A stretch of 62,636 nt of DNA from Thermoplasmata archaeon (GCA_034667685.1 JAXDQU010000042.1:1-62636), one strand, 5' to 3'. Shown: positions 37,676 through 47,574, counted from the first letter of the stretch. Numbers and translations are program-made. Notes: generated by a model from the letters alone, not told the origin.

Positions 37676-39895
37676 ATGGGTGCTTTGCGAGTCTTGCCGA
37701 TGGTCCTCCTGGGATGCCTCATTCTCGTCAGCAGTCCCGGAGGCCAAGCCTCGCTGCTCTTCAAGAGCGCGGAACCCATGCATGCGGACGCCTCGGACCA
37801 AGCCGTCAAGGCCGTCGCGTCGCTTGCGCGTCTGAGAGGCGACTTCGAGAGCTTGGAAGGGTTCGCGGCGAGCCTGAAAGTGGCGCAGCCCGGGCTGAAT
37901 CCCTCCCAAGCCGCCGCGCTTGCGGCGAGCGGCCCGGTCGCGCCTAATCATCTTGGGCTCGTCAAGGAAGCCGACGCGATCCTAACCGACGCCAGCCTGA
38001 GCACGCGCGGTTTCGAACTCGCGCGGGCCGCAACGAGCGCCCAGGCCGACGCGCTGGGAATCGAGCTCGTCCCGACCGAGGTCCTGGCGCACGCGATGCC
38101 CAGCGCCGCGATCCTCAGCCTGGCCGATAGCGTGGGCGTTCCGCTCGCGACGGACCAGCAGGAGCAGGCTCGCGCCCTCGACGCGGAACCCAGCGCGCGG
38201 GCCATCGCGCGCGTGATCGACGCCTATGCCGCCATGAACGCAGCCAGCACGCATGCGTTCACCACGAACCCTGACCACCCTTTGTGGGGTGAAACCTTGA
38301 GCGCGCGCCTCGCGCTCCTCGACGCGATCCAGGGCTTGGAGCCCTTCGCGCTTCCCGCTCACGAGAAAGCGGCTCCCGTGGGCCCGACCTTCGGCGTCCC
38401 CGGCCTCCTCGCCGTGGACCTGGGCAACAACAACGTCTACCGCGACAACTACGCGCTGAGCATCGACCTGGGTGGGAACGACGAGTACGACAACAACGGG
38501 GGCGGGAACACGTTCGGCGACTGCGGCATGTTCACCACTTCTGCGGCAGCCATTGACGTGGGCGGCACGGACGTCTACGCTCCCGCTTGGAACCACGGCA
38601 CCGATGCGAACCCCATCATCTATGCCGACTCATGCGGCAAGAACGGAGGGAGCGTCCGCGGCGTCGGCTTCCTCTTCCACGAGGGCGGCATGGGCAACCA
38701 GTACGCCGCCGGCCAGAGCGAGGGCATCAACGGCGGCGCCGAAGGCCCCGCCGCGCTCGGCTTCCTCCTCAGCGTGGGCGGAAGCGGCGACATGTTCAAC
38801 GCGGGCTCCTACGGCGTCAACGGCGGCGCCGACGACGCGGGCGTGGGCGCGCTCGTCGAGGCCGGCCTCAGCAGCGCATCGTTCCACGCGAGCGGCTATG
38901 GCGCCAACGGCGGCGCGAACTCGGGCAACCTGGGCGGCTCGATGGGCATGCTCATCGACGCGACCAACGGCTACCACGCGGCCAGCGGGGACGGCTCGAA
39001 CGGCGGCGCCGAAGGCCTCGGCACCGTCGGCTTCGCCTTCGGCGGCGGCCAGTGGGACGACGGCTGGGACGGGGCCAACGGTGGCGGGGCGCGCGGCGGC
39101 GCCGGCACCCTCGTGGGCGCGACGAGCGTGACCGCCGGCGGCGTGGGCGTCAACGGTGGCGCGGACGGCACCGGCTCGACCGGCAGCCTCTGGGGCGTCC
39201 AAAGCGCGAGCGCCTACGGGGACGAGGGCACCAACGGCGGCGGCTCGAACGGCGGCCACGGGACCCTCGTCTCTACCGGCTGCTCCTGCTCGGCGGGCGG
39301 CTACGGCGCGAACGGCGGTGGCTACAACTTCGGCTCGGGCTTCCTCTACGACGCGCTGGGCGGCACCTACTGGGCAGAGGGCAACGGCGCCAACGGAGGA
39401 GGCGACGCGAACGGCGTCGGCATGCTTCTCGTCTCCGGCCTCGGGGGCACCGCGTTCTTCGGTGGGAGCGAGGGCGTCAACGGCGGCGGCCACGAGGCCG
39501 GCCTCGGCCATCTCATCAACGCGGGCGCGGCCGACGCCACGTTCCAAGCCGGCAACGACGGCGTCAACGGAGGGGCAAGCGTCGGCGGCTACGGTGGCCT
39601 CATCAACGCGGCCGGCAACGACCACTACACCGCCGGCGACGACGGCACCAACGGCGGCGCCACAAGCGCCGGCACGGGGCACCTCGTCGACCTCGCGGGC
39701 AACGACGACTACACCGCCGGCGCGAACGGCGCCAACGGCGGAGCCACGCTCATCTCCAGCGCGGGACTCCTCCTCGACGCCCAAGGCCACGACACTTACA
39801 GCGACGGCCAAGGCGGCACGGGCACCGACAAGACAGTCCTGCAGAAGAATACCCTCGGCGCGGCGGGCGCCCAAATCGATGTCAGTCCCATCTAA
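37676..39895 (+). CDS. Secreted protein with Gly-rich NGG beta-roll-like repeats
   Basis: Signal peptide; about 15 repeats of Y.AG..G.NGG[AG]..G.G.L.D..G.D. Confidence 0.85.
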   Translation: MGALRVLPMVLLGCLILVSSPGGQASLLFKSAEPMHADASDQAVKAVASLARLRGDFESLEGFAASLKVAQPGLNPSQAAALAASGPVAPNHLGLVKEADAILTDASLSTRGFELARAATSAQADALGIELVPTEVLAHAMPSAAILSLADSVGVPLATDQQEQARALDAEPSARAIARVIDAYAAMNAASTHAFTTNPDHPLWGETLSARLALLDAIQGLEPFALPAHEKAAPVGPTFGVPGLLAVDLGNNNVYRDNYALSIDLGGNDEYDNNGGGNTFGDCGMFTTSAAAIDVGGTDVYAPAWNHGTDANPIIYADSCGKNGGSVRGVGFLFHEGGMGNQYAAGQSEGINGGAEGPAALGFLLSVGGSGDMFNAGSYGVNGGADDAGVGALVEAGLSSASFHASGYGANGGANSGNLGGSMGMLIDATNGYHAASGDGSNGGAEGLGTVGFAFGGGQWDDGWDGANGGGARGGAGTLVGATSVTAGGVGVNGGADGTGSTGSLWGVQSASAYGDEGTNGGGSNGGHGTLVSTGCSCSAGGYGANGGGYNFGSGFLYDALGGTYWAEGNGANGGGDANGVGMLLVSGLGGTAFFGGSEGVNGGGHEAGLGHLINAGAADATFQAGNDGVNGGASVGGYGGLINAAGNDHYTAGDDGTNGGATSAGTGHLVDLAGNDDYTAGANGANGGATLISSAGLLLDAQGHDTYSDGQGGTGTDKTVLQKNTLGAAGAQIDVSPI

Positions 39896-39926
39896 CGATA
39901 GCAACAATCCTCAGAGGCTGTGTTCC

Positions 39927-40586
39927 ATGAAGATCCAACTCACGTGCATCCTGATAGCGACCCTCCTCACCCTGACGCTCGTCCCCACGAGCCTCGCAGC
40001 GACCGCGCCGCAAGGCACCGTCGTGGCCCAAGGGCACGCTACCGTTGAGCGAACCAACGGAGTGCCCGGCAAGACCACGGCGGAGACGATCGGGACGCTC
40101 AAGAATCTCCCTGGCAAAGATGTGCCTTGCGACTGGCAGGACGCCCAGCAGACGGATTGGGGTTGTCTCGTCGAGTACGTGACCACCGTCGAGATCGACG
40201 GCGTCGTGGACTGCGCCGACGTGACCACCAGCGTCACGGACGAGGTCTTCGGTTGCAACCCCGTCGTGATTCCCGTGACGCTTACGAGTCCCGCTCGAGA
40301 CGTGCTCTACCAAGACATTCCGTCCACCGGCAAGACGACGAGCGAGATCGCTCAAGCCTGCAACGACTATCACGGCCTCGATCCGCGCTGTGCTCCGTAC
40401 AACATCGTCGTCAACCTCCCGGGCTATGGCGCGAATACGGCGGCCTTCAACTTCGCAAACCCCATCCCGAGCTTGCTGAACGCCGTCAGCCTCGGGGATG
40501 CAACCACGAGCGCAAGCGAGGCTGCCACGGTCTTGACAAGTTCTGATCCGTTCGTCGTCGCCGCCGGCCCGATCACGCTCCCGTGA
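39927..40586 (+). CDS. Secreted disulfide-rich protein, paralog A
   Basis: Signal peptide; 6 Cys ending in RCAP....V.LPG. Confidence 0.8.
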   Translation: MKIQLTCILIATLLTLTLVPTSLAATAPQGTVVAQGHATVERTNGVPGKTTAETIGTLKNLPGKDVPCDWQDAQQTDWGCLVEYVTTVEIDGVVDCADVTTSVTDEVFGCNPVVIPVTLTSPARDVLYQDIPSTGKTTSEIAQACNDYHGLDPRCAPYNIVVNLPGYGANTAAFNFANPIPSLLNAVSLGDATTSASEAATVLTSSDPFVVAAGPITLP

Positions 40587-40604
40587 ACACGAGAGGATGG
40601 TTCC

Positions 40605-41213
40605 ATGAAGCTCCTTTCCACGCCAATCCTGGTTCTGACGATGCTCGGCGCCCTCGCGCTACCGTGTGTTACCGCAGACACTCAGACCCCATGCATTACG
40701 AGCCCAGGCACGGGCGATGCGGGATGCGCCGACTCGGCGCTCAACCACGTGGGCTCGCCAGCCTGCGACTACCAAGCGATGAAATGCACCGTCACGTGGT
40801 CTCTCACGCTCGCCGTGAGCGGCGACCCCGGCGTCTGCGGCCAAGCGTCCTGGGACGTGTCCAGCTCCTTCCTTGTGGATTGCGCTCCACAGTTGTTGCC
40901 TGGCGCTCAATCGCAGTCCGTCGACTATCCTGTCGCTGCACACGGCAACTGGGTCACGCAGGCAGGGACCGTGTGCGTCTACGAGGCCTTCGTGCAACAA
41001 CGGTGCGCGCCTCTGTCGGACTCCGTGTTCCTGCCAGGCCCGTGTAATTCCTCGAACGCCAACACGAAGGTCTACGTCGCATCGAACACAGCGAACACCG
41101 GCACCACGCTCGTTGCCCTCAGCGCAAACTCTGTGAGCGTCAGTGAACAACTCGCAGTAGGTCTGCCGATCGCCTTCCCGACGATCGACGCAGCTGTTCC
41201 CACGCCATGTTAG
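40605..41213 (+). CDS. Secreted disulfide-rich protein, paralog B
   Basis: Signal peptide; similar Cys spacing; RCAPLSDSVFLPG. Confidence 0.8.
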   Translation: MKLLSTPILVLTMLGALALPCVTADTQTPCITSPGTGDAGCADSALNHVGSPACDYQAMKCTVTWSLTLAVSGDPGVCGQASWDVSSSFLVDCAPQLLPGAQSQSVDYPVAAHGNWVTQAGTVCVYEAFVQQRCAPLSDSVFLPGPCNSSNANTKVYVASNTANTGTTLVALSANSVSVSEQLAVGLPIAFPTIDAAVPTPC

Positions 41214-41416
41214 CCCATGATTTCACAGGAATCCTCGACGACTATTGCTGTGATTTCACGAGAGGCTTCATATGACTCCAACCATGCTCGAGGACCCGCG
41301 AGGGCCGGCTTCCTGCATGTTGCCGTACATCTACGGGTCCGTGCCGTCTCGCACCCGGATGGATTCACCATCCAAACTCCTTTCCCTCCCACTCCCCGTT
41401 CTCGTCAGTTACTGAG

Positions 41417-41869
41417 TTGATCCCAATGCTGTCCAACCCCCGCTTGTCCCTTGCTGCCGTAAGTCTTGCCCTATTCCTGCTCGCGTTCGTGCCCCCCAGC
41501 GGAGCCTCAAGCGCCGGATCGTCGCACTTCACCTACGTTGCACAATCGGGCTTCGTTGAGGACACGAGCGTCATCTGCGGTCCGTACCCCGCCGACACGT
41601 CCGACTACGCCTACACCTGCGGCTTCGCCGTTGATCCAACGGGCAAGGACGGACCATCCGGAACAGCAATCATCACCATTCACGACATCGGCGCAGCGCA
41701 CCTCACGTTCCGATGGCGAACAACCCAATCGGACACCCAGGCGCTCTGCACGTCTGGCACCGCTACCGACTCCATCTCCTTCCTCATCCCGCCCAACTGC
41801 CCGTACGTCTGGGTCTCGTTGGGCCCCACCGCGACGGTGGGTACGGGCACATTCGCCTGGTCTGGGTAA
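41417..41869 (+). CDS. Small secreted protein
   Basis: Signal peptide; two Cys pairs; beta-rich. Confidence 0.7.
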   Translation: MIPMLSNPRLSLAAVSLALFLLAFVPPSGASSAGSSHFTYVAQSGFVEDTSVICGPYPADTSDYAYTCGFAVDPTGKDGPSGTAIITIHDIGAAHLTFRWRTTQSDTQALCTSGTATDSISFLIPPNCPYVWVSLGPTATVGTGTFAWSG

Positions 41870-42357
41870 TCCTGGCCTCTCGCGGCGAGGGGCTGATCCC
41901 TTGTGCCCATCGGCCATCTTCCGAGGATCCTAAACCACTCGACGCCGCTTGCCTTGTCGCGGGCGTGGCGCGTTCTTTCCGCCTCCCGGGAACCGCGCCG
42001 CCCCGCCTTCCCAGCCCTCCTTCCTTTCGCGCGTCGTCGCATTGTGGTCGACGAACGACAACCTCCGCACGCACCGCCTCGTTGAGCTCGCCGCCATCGG
42101 CGTCGCGCCCTCGTGTCCGCCCTCATCGCGAAGGAGCGCTTTACAGGCCATTCCCGATTTCGCGGCCCCGCACGAACATCCAGCGGTCGTCCGCAAGGTC
42201 ATCGCGAGGCAGGCGCCGCCCTTCACATGGACTGCGTCTGACCCCACGAGGCGGAGCACACCTTGGAGGTGGCCGGTACGGAGGCCTGCGCCTCGATGTT
42301 CCGATGCCTCATTCGCCATAGCAAGCGCGTGCGTCGTGACGCGGCCACACGATGGCT

Positions 42358-42828
42358 CTAGGGTTGGACGTCGTTCGACTCTTTCCAAAGCGGGTCGAAG
42401 GACGTCTGCACATACCAATCGTGGGCTGCGGTTGAGCGCACGCCGAGCGTCGTCTCGTGCCAGGCTTTGATGCCGCTCATGCTTCGGCCAAAATTAGCAC
42501 TTGAGACGTATACCGTGCCCGGCTCAATGAGGAGGATCTTGGAATGAACGCGGGGGTGCGTCCGAATCTCGATCCGGGGGAAGGTGCGCTTGATTTCTCG
42601 CGCTTGGTTGAGGAACTTCTCGTTGCAAACGAGGGAAATACCAAAGGGCCGACGGCCGAACTGCTCGCGCGCGTAATCCAGAGCGGGCAAAGAGTAGGTC
42701 ACGATCCGGCAGACTCCGACTTGTCGATGAAGCTGGGAGAGCTTCATCGCCCAGGTGTGCGTGGGCCCGTACAGCTTCGCCTCGGTGGGTTTGAAGACCT
42801 TGCCGTGCCCGTCGTCGTTCCATCCCAT
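42358..42828 (-). CDS. Phospholipase D-family nuclease (single HKD-like motif)
   Basis: VHSKILLIE..VYVSSANF (HxKxxxxE, SxN). Confidence 0.82.
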   Translation of the reverse strand: MGWNDDGHGKVFKPTEAKLYGPTHTWAMKLSQLHRQVGVCRIVTYSLPALDYAREQFGRRPFGISLVCNEKFLNQAREIKRTFPRIEIRTHPRVHSKILLIEPGTVYVSSANFGRSMSGIKAWHETTLGVRSTAAHDWYVQTSFDPLWKESNDVQP

Positions 42829-42883
42829 GAAGAGTTTCGAGCGGTCTTGACGTAAGACTCGTATAAACTCGCGGGCAGAGCCT

Positions 42884-44305
42884 CTAGGACCTGCGCTCGC
42901 CGGCGAGGTCCTCGCGCTTCTGTGGTCCGGGGTCGTAGTATTGCCCGTGCGGCATCTTGGCGATGATCCGGTCGAGGCCCCATTGCGTCGCGTCCTTTGC
43001 TAGGTGGAGAGGGACGGGCTCGCGGCCGATGGCTTTCATGGTCTTCTTGTAGTTCGGGTTGAACGTGCCCATGAGCGCGTGGACGTGGGCGCCTTTGAGA
43101 AGGTCGAGCGCGCTGTTGATGGTGCCCATCGCGGCGCGCACGGGAGCTCGCACGTGCATCGAGCTGATGGGTCCGCGGATGGTCCCATCCTGGAGGAAGC
43201 GGATGCGCTTGAGTTGGGGCGCGTATTGCAAGATGTTGTGTGGCTGACCCAAGTTGGTGGTGCCGTCGGGTCCGAGGAGCTTGGCCCACTTCAGGCAGAA
43301 CATGGGGCGGGTGGAGTAGTCCACGGTGTGCCAGGCGTGCCCTTCCGTCCGGTGGATCCCGTGACCACGCGAGCCCTTGGCGACCTTGACCATGCTCCAT
43401 TGCATCGCCTCCAGCATGAGGTGGTCTTCGAGGCTCCTGACGTGGGGTCGCATGGCGACCTTAAGGCGTTCCGCCCAATTCCGCGGCAGTTGGTCGATGT
43501 CGCGGCGCGGGATCCACTTCGGCAGGGCCTCGAGCTTGTTGCCGCGCAGGACGTGGCCGGCGAGGACCACGTCGAGGTGGGGCTTCAGCGTGGGCCAGTC
43601 CTCGGGCTTGTCGCCCAGAACGTGGAGGTTGCAGAGGATCGCGGCGTTCTGGGCGAGCTGGATTTTGCTGCCCTCGAAGTAGAGGTCGGCCAGGGCGCCC
43701 TTCATGGCCTCCTTCATGGCTTCCAGGCCGGGCGTGGTCCGCGTACCCTTCTTGGGGCGCGTCCCGCGCTTGGCGGGGCCCGCCGGGGGCGCGGTCCGGC
43801 TCGCCTGAACGGTGGTCGGAGCCCTTGCCGCGGAGGCGGGGTGGGGCTTGCGTAGGATGATGGGCCACATCCAGTCCGGGACGGTGAAGACGATGTGGAT
43901 CACGTCGAGCGACGCGCCGTCCGGGTGCAGCGTCTGGAGCCGTCGGACGTAGTCCTGGCGGTGGATGGCGTGCATGAAGGGGCCGCAGTAGGGGCAGAGG
44001 ACTTCGCGGCAGAGGTAGAGGCTCTTCTTGCGCATCCCGTTGGGGTCCTGCTTGTTGTAGAAGACCTTCCAGAAGCTCCAGCACTTGCGGAGACGTTCAG
44101 CCAGGCCGGGTTCGAGGTACGCGTCACGGATGGTTTTGGCGCTCTTGTGGTAGGTGCCTGCGCGGTGTGCGCGGGCGTCGAGTTCGGCGTCGAGCTGGCC
44201 GTGGGTGAGGGTCTCCCAAGGGCCGAGAGCGTTCTTGTCAGGTCTTCTGTCTTTATTTTCAATTTTATTTGTCAAAGTGGCATCGGTCTCCAGGATTCGC
44301 TCCAC
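42884..44305 (-). CDS. HUH-superfamily rolling-circle initiator (IS91/Rep-like with Zn finger)
   Basis: CREVLCPYC; motif I HIVFTVP; LHVLG; motif II PHLD; motif III DYSTR. Confidence 0.8.
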   Translation of the reverse strand: MERILETDATLTNKIENKDRRPDKNALGPWETLTHGQLDAELDARAHRAGTYHKSAKTIRDAYLEPGLAERLRKCWSFWKVFYNKQDPNGMRKKSLYLCREVLCPYCGPFMHAIHRQDYVRRLQTLHPDGASLDVIHIVFTVPDWMWPIILRKPHPASAARAPTTVQASRTAPPAGPAKRGTRPKKGTRTTPGLEAMKEAMKGALADLYFEGSKIQLAQNAAILCNLHVLGDKPEDWPTLKPHLDVVLAGHVLRGNKLEALPKWIPRRDIDQLPRNWAERLKVAMRPHVRSLEDHLMLEAMQWSMVKVAKGSRGHGIHRTEGHAWHTVDYSTRPMFCLKWAKLLGPDGTTNLGQPHNILQYAPQLKRIRFLQDGTIRGPISSMHVRAPVRAAMGTINSALDLLKGAHVHALMGTFNPNYKKTMKAIGREPVPLHLAKDATQWGLDRIIAKMPHGQYYDPGPQKREDLAGERRS

Positions 44306-44310
44306 CCAAC

Positions 44311-44370
44311 ATGCGAAGCCATCCCTACTACTACTCTAGTCGTTACGGAGTAGTAGTAGGTGGCTTGCAT
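44311..44370. other. Stem-loop, candidate double-strand origin (dso)
   Basis: Perfect 13-bp stem 44324-44336/44348-44360, loop TAGTCGTTACG, imperfect outer stem; directly upstream of Rep. Confidence 0.65.
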
Positions 44371-44445
44371 GGGGTGCATTTCTGAGTTGATAGACAGAAG
44401 GTTGTTGTTCAAGGATAGGGCGCAACCTTCGCTGTCGGGGGCCAC

Positions 44446-44766
44446 TCAGGTCACGCTCCATGAGGCGCCGCAGAGGCAGCGGTGTTCCGTCGTGTGGCCG
44501 GGCCGAGGCGGGGCAGGGCCGGCGAGGACGCACACGTGCTCGCCGTTTGGCTGGAGGCACTTGGCGCGCCGTCCGCTCAAGACCGATGGATCGGCACGAA
44601 GCTGTGCGCGCAGCGGGCAGGACGCAGCCAGGAAGGCGTCGAGGCGGGGCTCCTTTACCGCTGTCGCGGTTTGCTTCTGGGCGTGCTGGCGCGCGTTGGC
44701 GGCGCGCTCCTCGGCGCTCGCGTCGCGCTTCTTGGGCGCGTCGATCTTGATGGGCTCCCAGGGCAT
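44446..44766 (-). CDS. Small Cys/His-rich protein
   Basis: KC..HVC..H..HRCLCGASW. Confidence 0.6.
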   Translation of the reverse strand: MPWEPIKIDAPKKRDASAEERAANARQHAQKQTATAVKEPRLDAFLAASCPLRAQLRADPSVLSGRRAKCLQPNGEHVCVLAGPAPPRPGHTTEHRCLCGASWSVT

Positions 44767-44834
44767 CGGCTCCACTCGCAGGATTGGGCAGGGTCCGCGC
44801 CGGCGTGAAGCCTGAGCGCGGAGCGGAAGGTCAG

Positions 44835-45320
44835 CTACTTGGCGCGGTAGACCTCGCGCAGCATGGGCTCGAGGACGTGATGCGGCAAGGAGACGTAGCG
44901 GCTCGTCGCGCGGTGCTCGCGCATGATGCGCGTCAGGGTCGCGTGGCTGGCGAGGTAGGCGCGTTGGAGGCGCCGGCCGCGTCGGACGATGAGCAGGTAG
45001 AGCGTGCGCGAGGCGAGCTCGGGCGCGAGCGCGTCGTGGTGATGCCGGTCGATCTTCCATCGACCTGCCTGGCGTCCCCTCGGGACGTTGCTGCGCCGGA
45101 TCGTCCGGCAGCAGCCCTTCACTTCGTAGAGCAGACCGTCGGCCGCGATGTCGTATCCCACAGGCGCGGGGCCGGTGTGAGCCTCGACGTGGACGCCGCC
45201 CACGACGCGGACCTCCGCGTGGATCCGGGAGAGGAATCGGCGAGCCCATTCCTGGAGCCAGTCGCCCACGCGCCGGTTCTCGCGCGCGATCTCCGCCACG
45301 CTGCGCGCGCCCGTCGCCAC
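44835..45320 (-). CDS. PD-(D/E)xK nuclease
   Basis: GDWLQE..GYDIAADGLLYEVKGC. Confidence 0.78.
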   Translation of the reverse strand: MATGARSVAEIARENRRVGDWLQEWARRFLSRIHAEVRVVGGVHVEAHTGPAPVGYDIAADGLLYEVKGCCRTIRRSNVPRGRQAGRWKIDRHHHDALAPELASRTLYLLIVRRGRRLQRAYLASHATLTRIMREHRATSRYVSLPHHVLEPMLREVYRAK

Positions 45321-45321
45321 G

Positions 45322-45489
45322 TCAAGCCACCGCCGAGACGGCGATTGGGAGCACACGGGTGCTCGCGTTCTGGCGCGCGTGCTTCTCCACGACGTGGAGG
45401 TCGGCCAGGGTGCGCGCGAAGAGCTCGGTGGTGAGCGCGAAGGCGCACGCGTGGCCGCAGGTCCGGCAGGTCCACATCCACGCGGTCAT
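45322..45489 (-). CDS. 55-aa C2H2-type zinc-finger protein (absent from ORF track)
   Basis: MTAWMWTCRTCGHACAFALTTELFARTLADLHVVEKH; ATGA overlap with upstream gene. Confidence 0.7.
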   Translation of the reverse strand: MTAWMWTCRTCGHACAFALTTELFARTLADLHVVEKHARQNASTRVLPIAVSAVA

Positions 45490-45848
45490 GCGCGGCGCGC
45501 TCCCTCATCGGGGCGGGCGGCGCGTTCCTCCTGAGCGGCTTGGGCGAGCTCGCGCCCGGCCTGGACGGTCGCGAAGAAGTTGAACAAGGCGGGGAGGGTG
45601 GCGCGCAGTGTCGCGCCGCGGCGGGCGTCGGGCCCGCGCAGCGTGTCGAGGATGCTGAGGAAGACGTCGAGCCGGGCGGCCATGTGGACGAGGTCACACT
45701 CGGCCTGGGCGAGGAGATCCTCGCCGACCTCCTGGACCAAGCGCGTGTCGTCGTGGAGGGCCTCGATGATGCTCTCGGCCAAGTCGTCGGTGCGCGTCTC
45801 CAGGTCGCGCAGGTGCTCCTCGACGAGTCGCGGAAGCGCGGCGTTCAG
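45486..45848 (-). CDS. Helical/coiled-coil protein (CTG start at 45848 or TTG at 45782)
   Basis: Amphipathic helices continue upstream of the TTG to a CTGA overlap. Confidence 0.6.
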   Translation of the reverse strand: MNAALPRLVEEHLRDLETRTDDLAESIIEALHDDTRLVQEVGEDLLAQAECDLVHMAARLDVFLSILDTLRGPDARRGATLRATLPALFNFFATVQAGRELAQAAQEERAARPDEGARRA

Positions 45849-46153
45849 GCGCTCACCGCCCCTTCGGGCGCGATCAGCAGAGGTGCGTCGGGCACGAGGC
45901 CCAGGTTGGCGTGGGGGGAGCGGCGGCGGTAGGCTTCGGGGCCGGGACAGCCGGGGTTGACGCGCTCCACGCGCGGGTCGGCTCGCAGCCGGTCGCGCGT
46001 CGCGGCCTTGTCGAGGACCGGGTAGGCGCGCTTGCCGCGCAGGTTGCAGAAGAGGTGCAAGGTAAAGGTCGCGTCGCGCATCTGGGCGAGGCGCTTCTCG
46101 TATTCCTCATTCGTGGGCGCTTGGGGAGAGCGGCTCAGGCGAGCTTGCGTCAT
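45845..46153 (-). CDS. Hypothetical protein
   Basis: GGAGGAGG upstream of the ATG; first gene of a coupled series. Confidence 0.6.
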   Translation of the reverse strand: MTQARLSRSPQAPTNEEYEKRLAQMRDATFTLHLFCNLRGKRAYPVLDKAATRDRLRADPRVERVNPGCPGPEAYRRRSPHANLGLVPDAPLLIAPEGAVSA

Positions 46154-46338
46154 ATGCCGAGCGGCCTGTTGCCTCCTCCCGTTAAGGGCGACGCTTCGCC
46201 CGGCCTCGGGGCGGCTCGCGCGATGTGGAGGTGCTGCGCACCCGCTCGACCGGAAGCCCCGCGTGGGGTGCCGCGTTTCGCCGCGTTGTCCGTCCGAAGC
46301 GGACGGACAGTTACCCGGTCGGGCCGCCGACAGCGGCG

Positions 46339-47175
46339 TTACCCGGTCGCGCCGCCAGCTGGTGTGGACGTGGAGCGGGGGTCGATCTCTAGGGCGATGG
46401 CGTAGAGGGCCTCGAACATGGCGGTCTGCGTCTCGACGAGGCCGCGCGCGTTCGAGTAGATCGCCCGATCGCCGGGCGCGTCGGGGGCGTCGTCCTCGTC
46501 GAACTCGGCCCAGTAGAGCACCTCGCGTCCATCCACGATCAGGCAGGCGAGCCGCTGCTGCGTCTCCAGGTGGCGGATGCTGGCGCTCGCTTGCTGCATC
46601 AGGATGCGAGATCGTTCAGTGGTCCCGGGGTGGCGCAGCGTGACGACCGCGCGGAGGCCCACGCCGCTTTCGCAGCGACTCTGAATCAGGTCGAAGAGGC
46701 CGTTGTCGCCCGCTCCTGCGAGGCGCGCGGCGTCGCTGAGGACGCGCGGGCGCGTCACGACCATGAGGATGCTCTCTTGGGCGGCTCGGATGAGGCGCGC
46801 GGCCGTCAGCGCGGCTTCGCGGCGGCCGTGGAAGATGTGCTGGACGGGACGGCGCGGCGTGCCGAGATTGGCGAGAGCCTTCGCGGCGCGCTCGCGGGCG
46901 GCGAGGAGGGCCGCGCGGCGTTCGTCGAGGCGCTTGAGCTCCATGTCGAAGATGTGCGTGATTGGCGCGGCCTCGTACTGGGGCGGCTTGTCGAGGCTCA
47001 CGTACGCGAGGCCTTCGCGGACCAGGCCGTCGAGGGCGCGTTTGACGACGGTGCGCTCGATCCCCGTGTGTTTCTCGATGTCGGCGAGGCGTTTGGAGCC
47101 GTCGCTGGCGAGGATCAGGTAGACCGCGATCTGTTTCTCATCCAAGCCAAGCAGCTTCAGAGCCACGGCGGGCAT
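46339..47175 (-). CDS. TrmB family transcriptional regulator
   Basis: LKLLGLDEKQIAVYLIL..GIERTVV..LVREGL..PPQY; C-terminal AQESI, IVDGRE. Confidence 0.9.
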   Translation of the reverse strand: MPAVALKLLGLDEKQIAVYLILASDGSKRLADIEKHTGIERTVVKRALDGLVREGLAYVSLDKPPQYEAAPITHIFDMELKRLDERRAALLAARERAAKALANLGTPRRPVQHIFHGRREAALTAARLIRAAQESILMVVTRPRVLSDAARLAGAGDNGLFDLIQSRCESGVGLRAVVTLRHPGTTERSRILMQQASASIRHLETQQRLACLIVDGREVLYWAEFDEDDAPDAPGDRAIYSNARGLVETQTAMFEALYAIALEIDPRSTSTPAGGATG

Positions 47176-47214
47176 CGCACAACCTCAAAGCGATTCGTGT
47201 GGATTTGCCCCCTC

Positions 47215-47574
47215 TTATTCTCTCGGGCTATGTGGCGGTGCGCGGGGAGCATCAAGTGACGCATCGAGAGAGCGGGCCGAAACTGATGGGTTACAATTGC
47301 TTTGTTTGCGGTCGCGTTCGGCCAGCCCCGCGCAGAGGGCGACACCTCCGAGGCTGGCGCTTGCCCACGCCATGAGGTTATCGGACTGGTCTTGACTGTG
47401 TGTGAGCCATGCGTGCGCGAGGAACGGCGTGAGGGCGAAGCAGACAGCGGCGGCGAGCGCGAGGTCGCGCACGGCTCTTTCTGGGCTCACCACCAGCCGA
47501 ATCTGGGGGAGTGGTGGCCGCCATGCTTTGATCCGCGCGTCGAGGATCCGCGCGTGATCGAGAAGGCGGCTCAT
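47215..47574 (-). CDS. Small 2-TM protein
   Basis: Two hydrophobic segments; ATGA overlap. Confidence 0.55.
   Translation of the reverse strand: MSRLLDHARILDARIKAWRPPLPQIRLVVSPERAVRDLALAAAVCFALTPFLAHAWLTHSQDQSDNLMAWASASLGGVALCAGLAERDRKQSNCNPSVSARSLDASLDAPRAPPHSPRE

Noticed and set aside
41930-42418. SWIM-like zinc finger ORF (CSC..CKA)
   Set aside because: Lacks the final His, composition is unconvincing, and it overlaps the PLD gene.
42884-44305. Stand-alone IS91 insertion sequence
   Set aside because: Lacks the YxxxY pair, no IS91-type ends were identified, and it is embedded co-directionally in a virus-like gene series.
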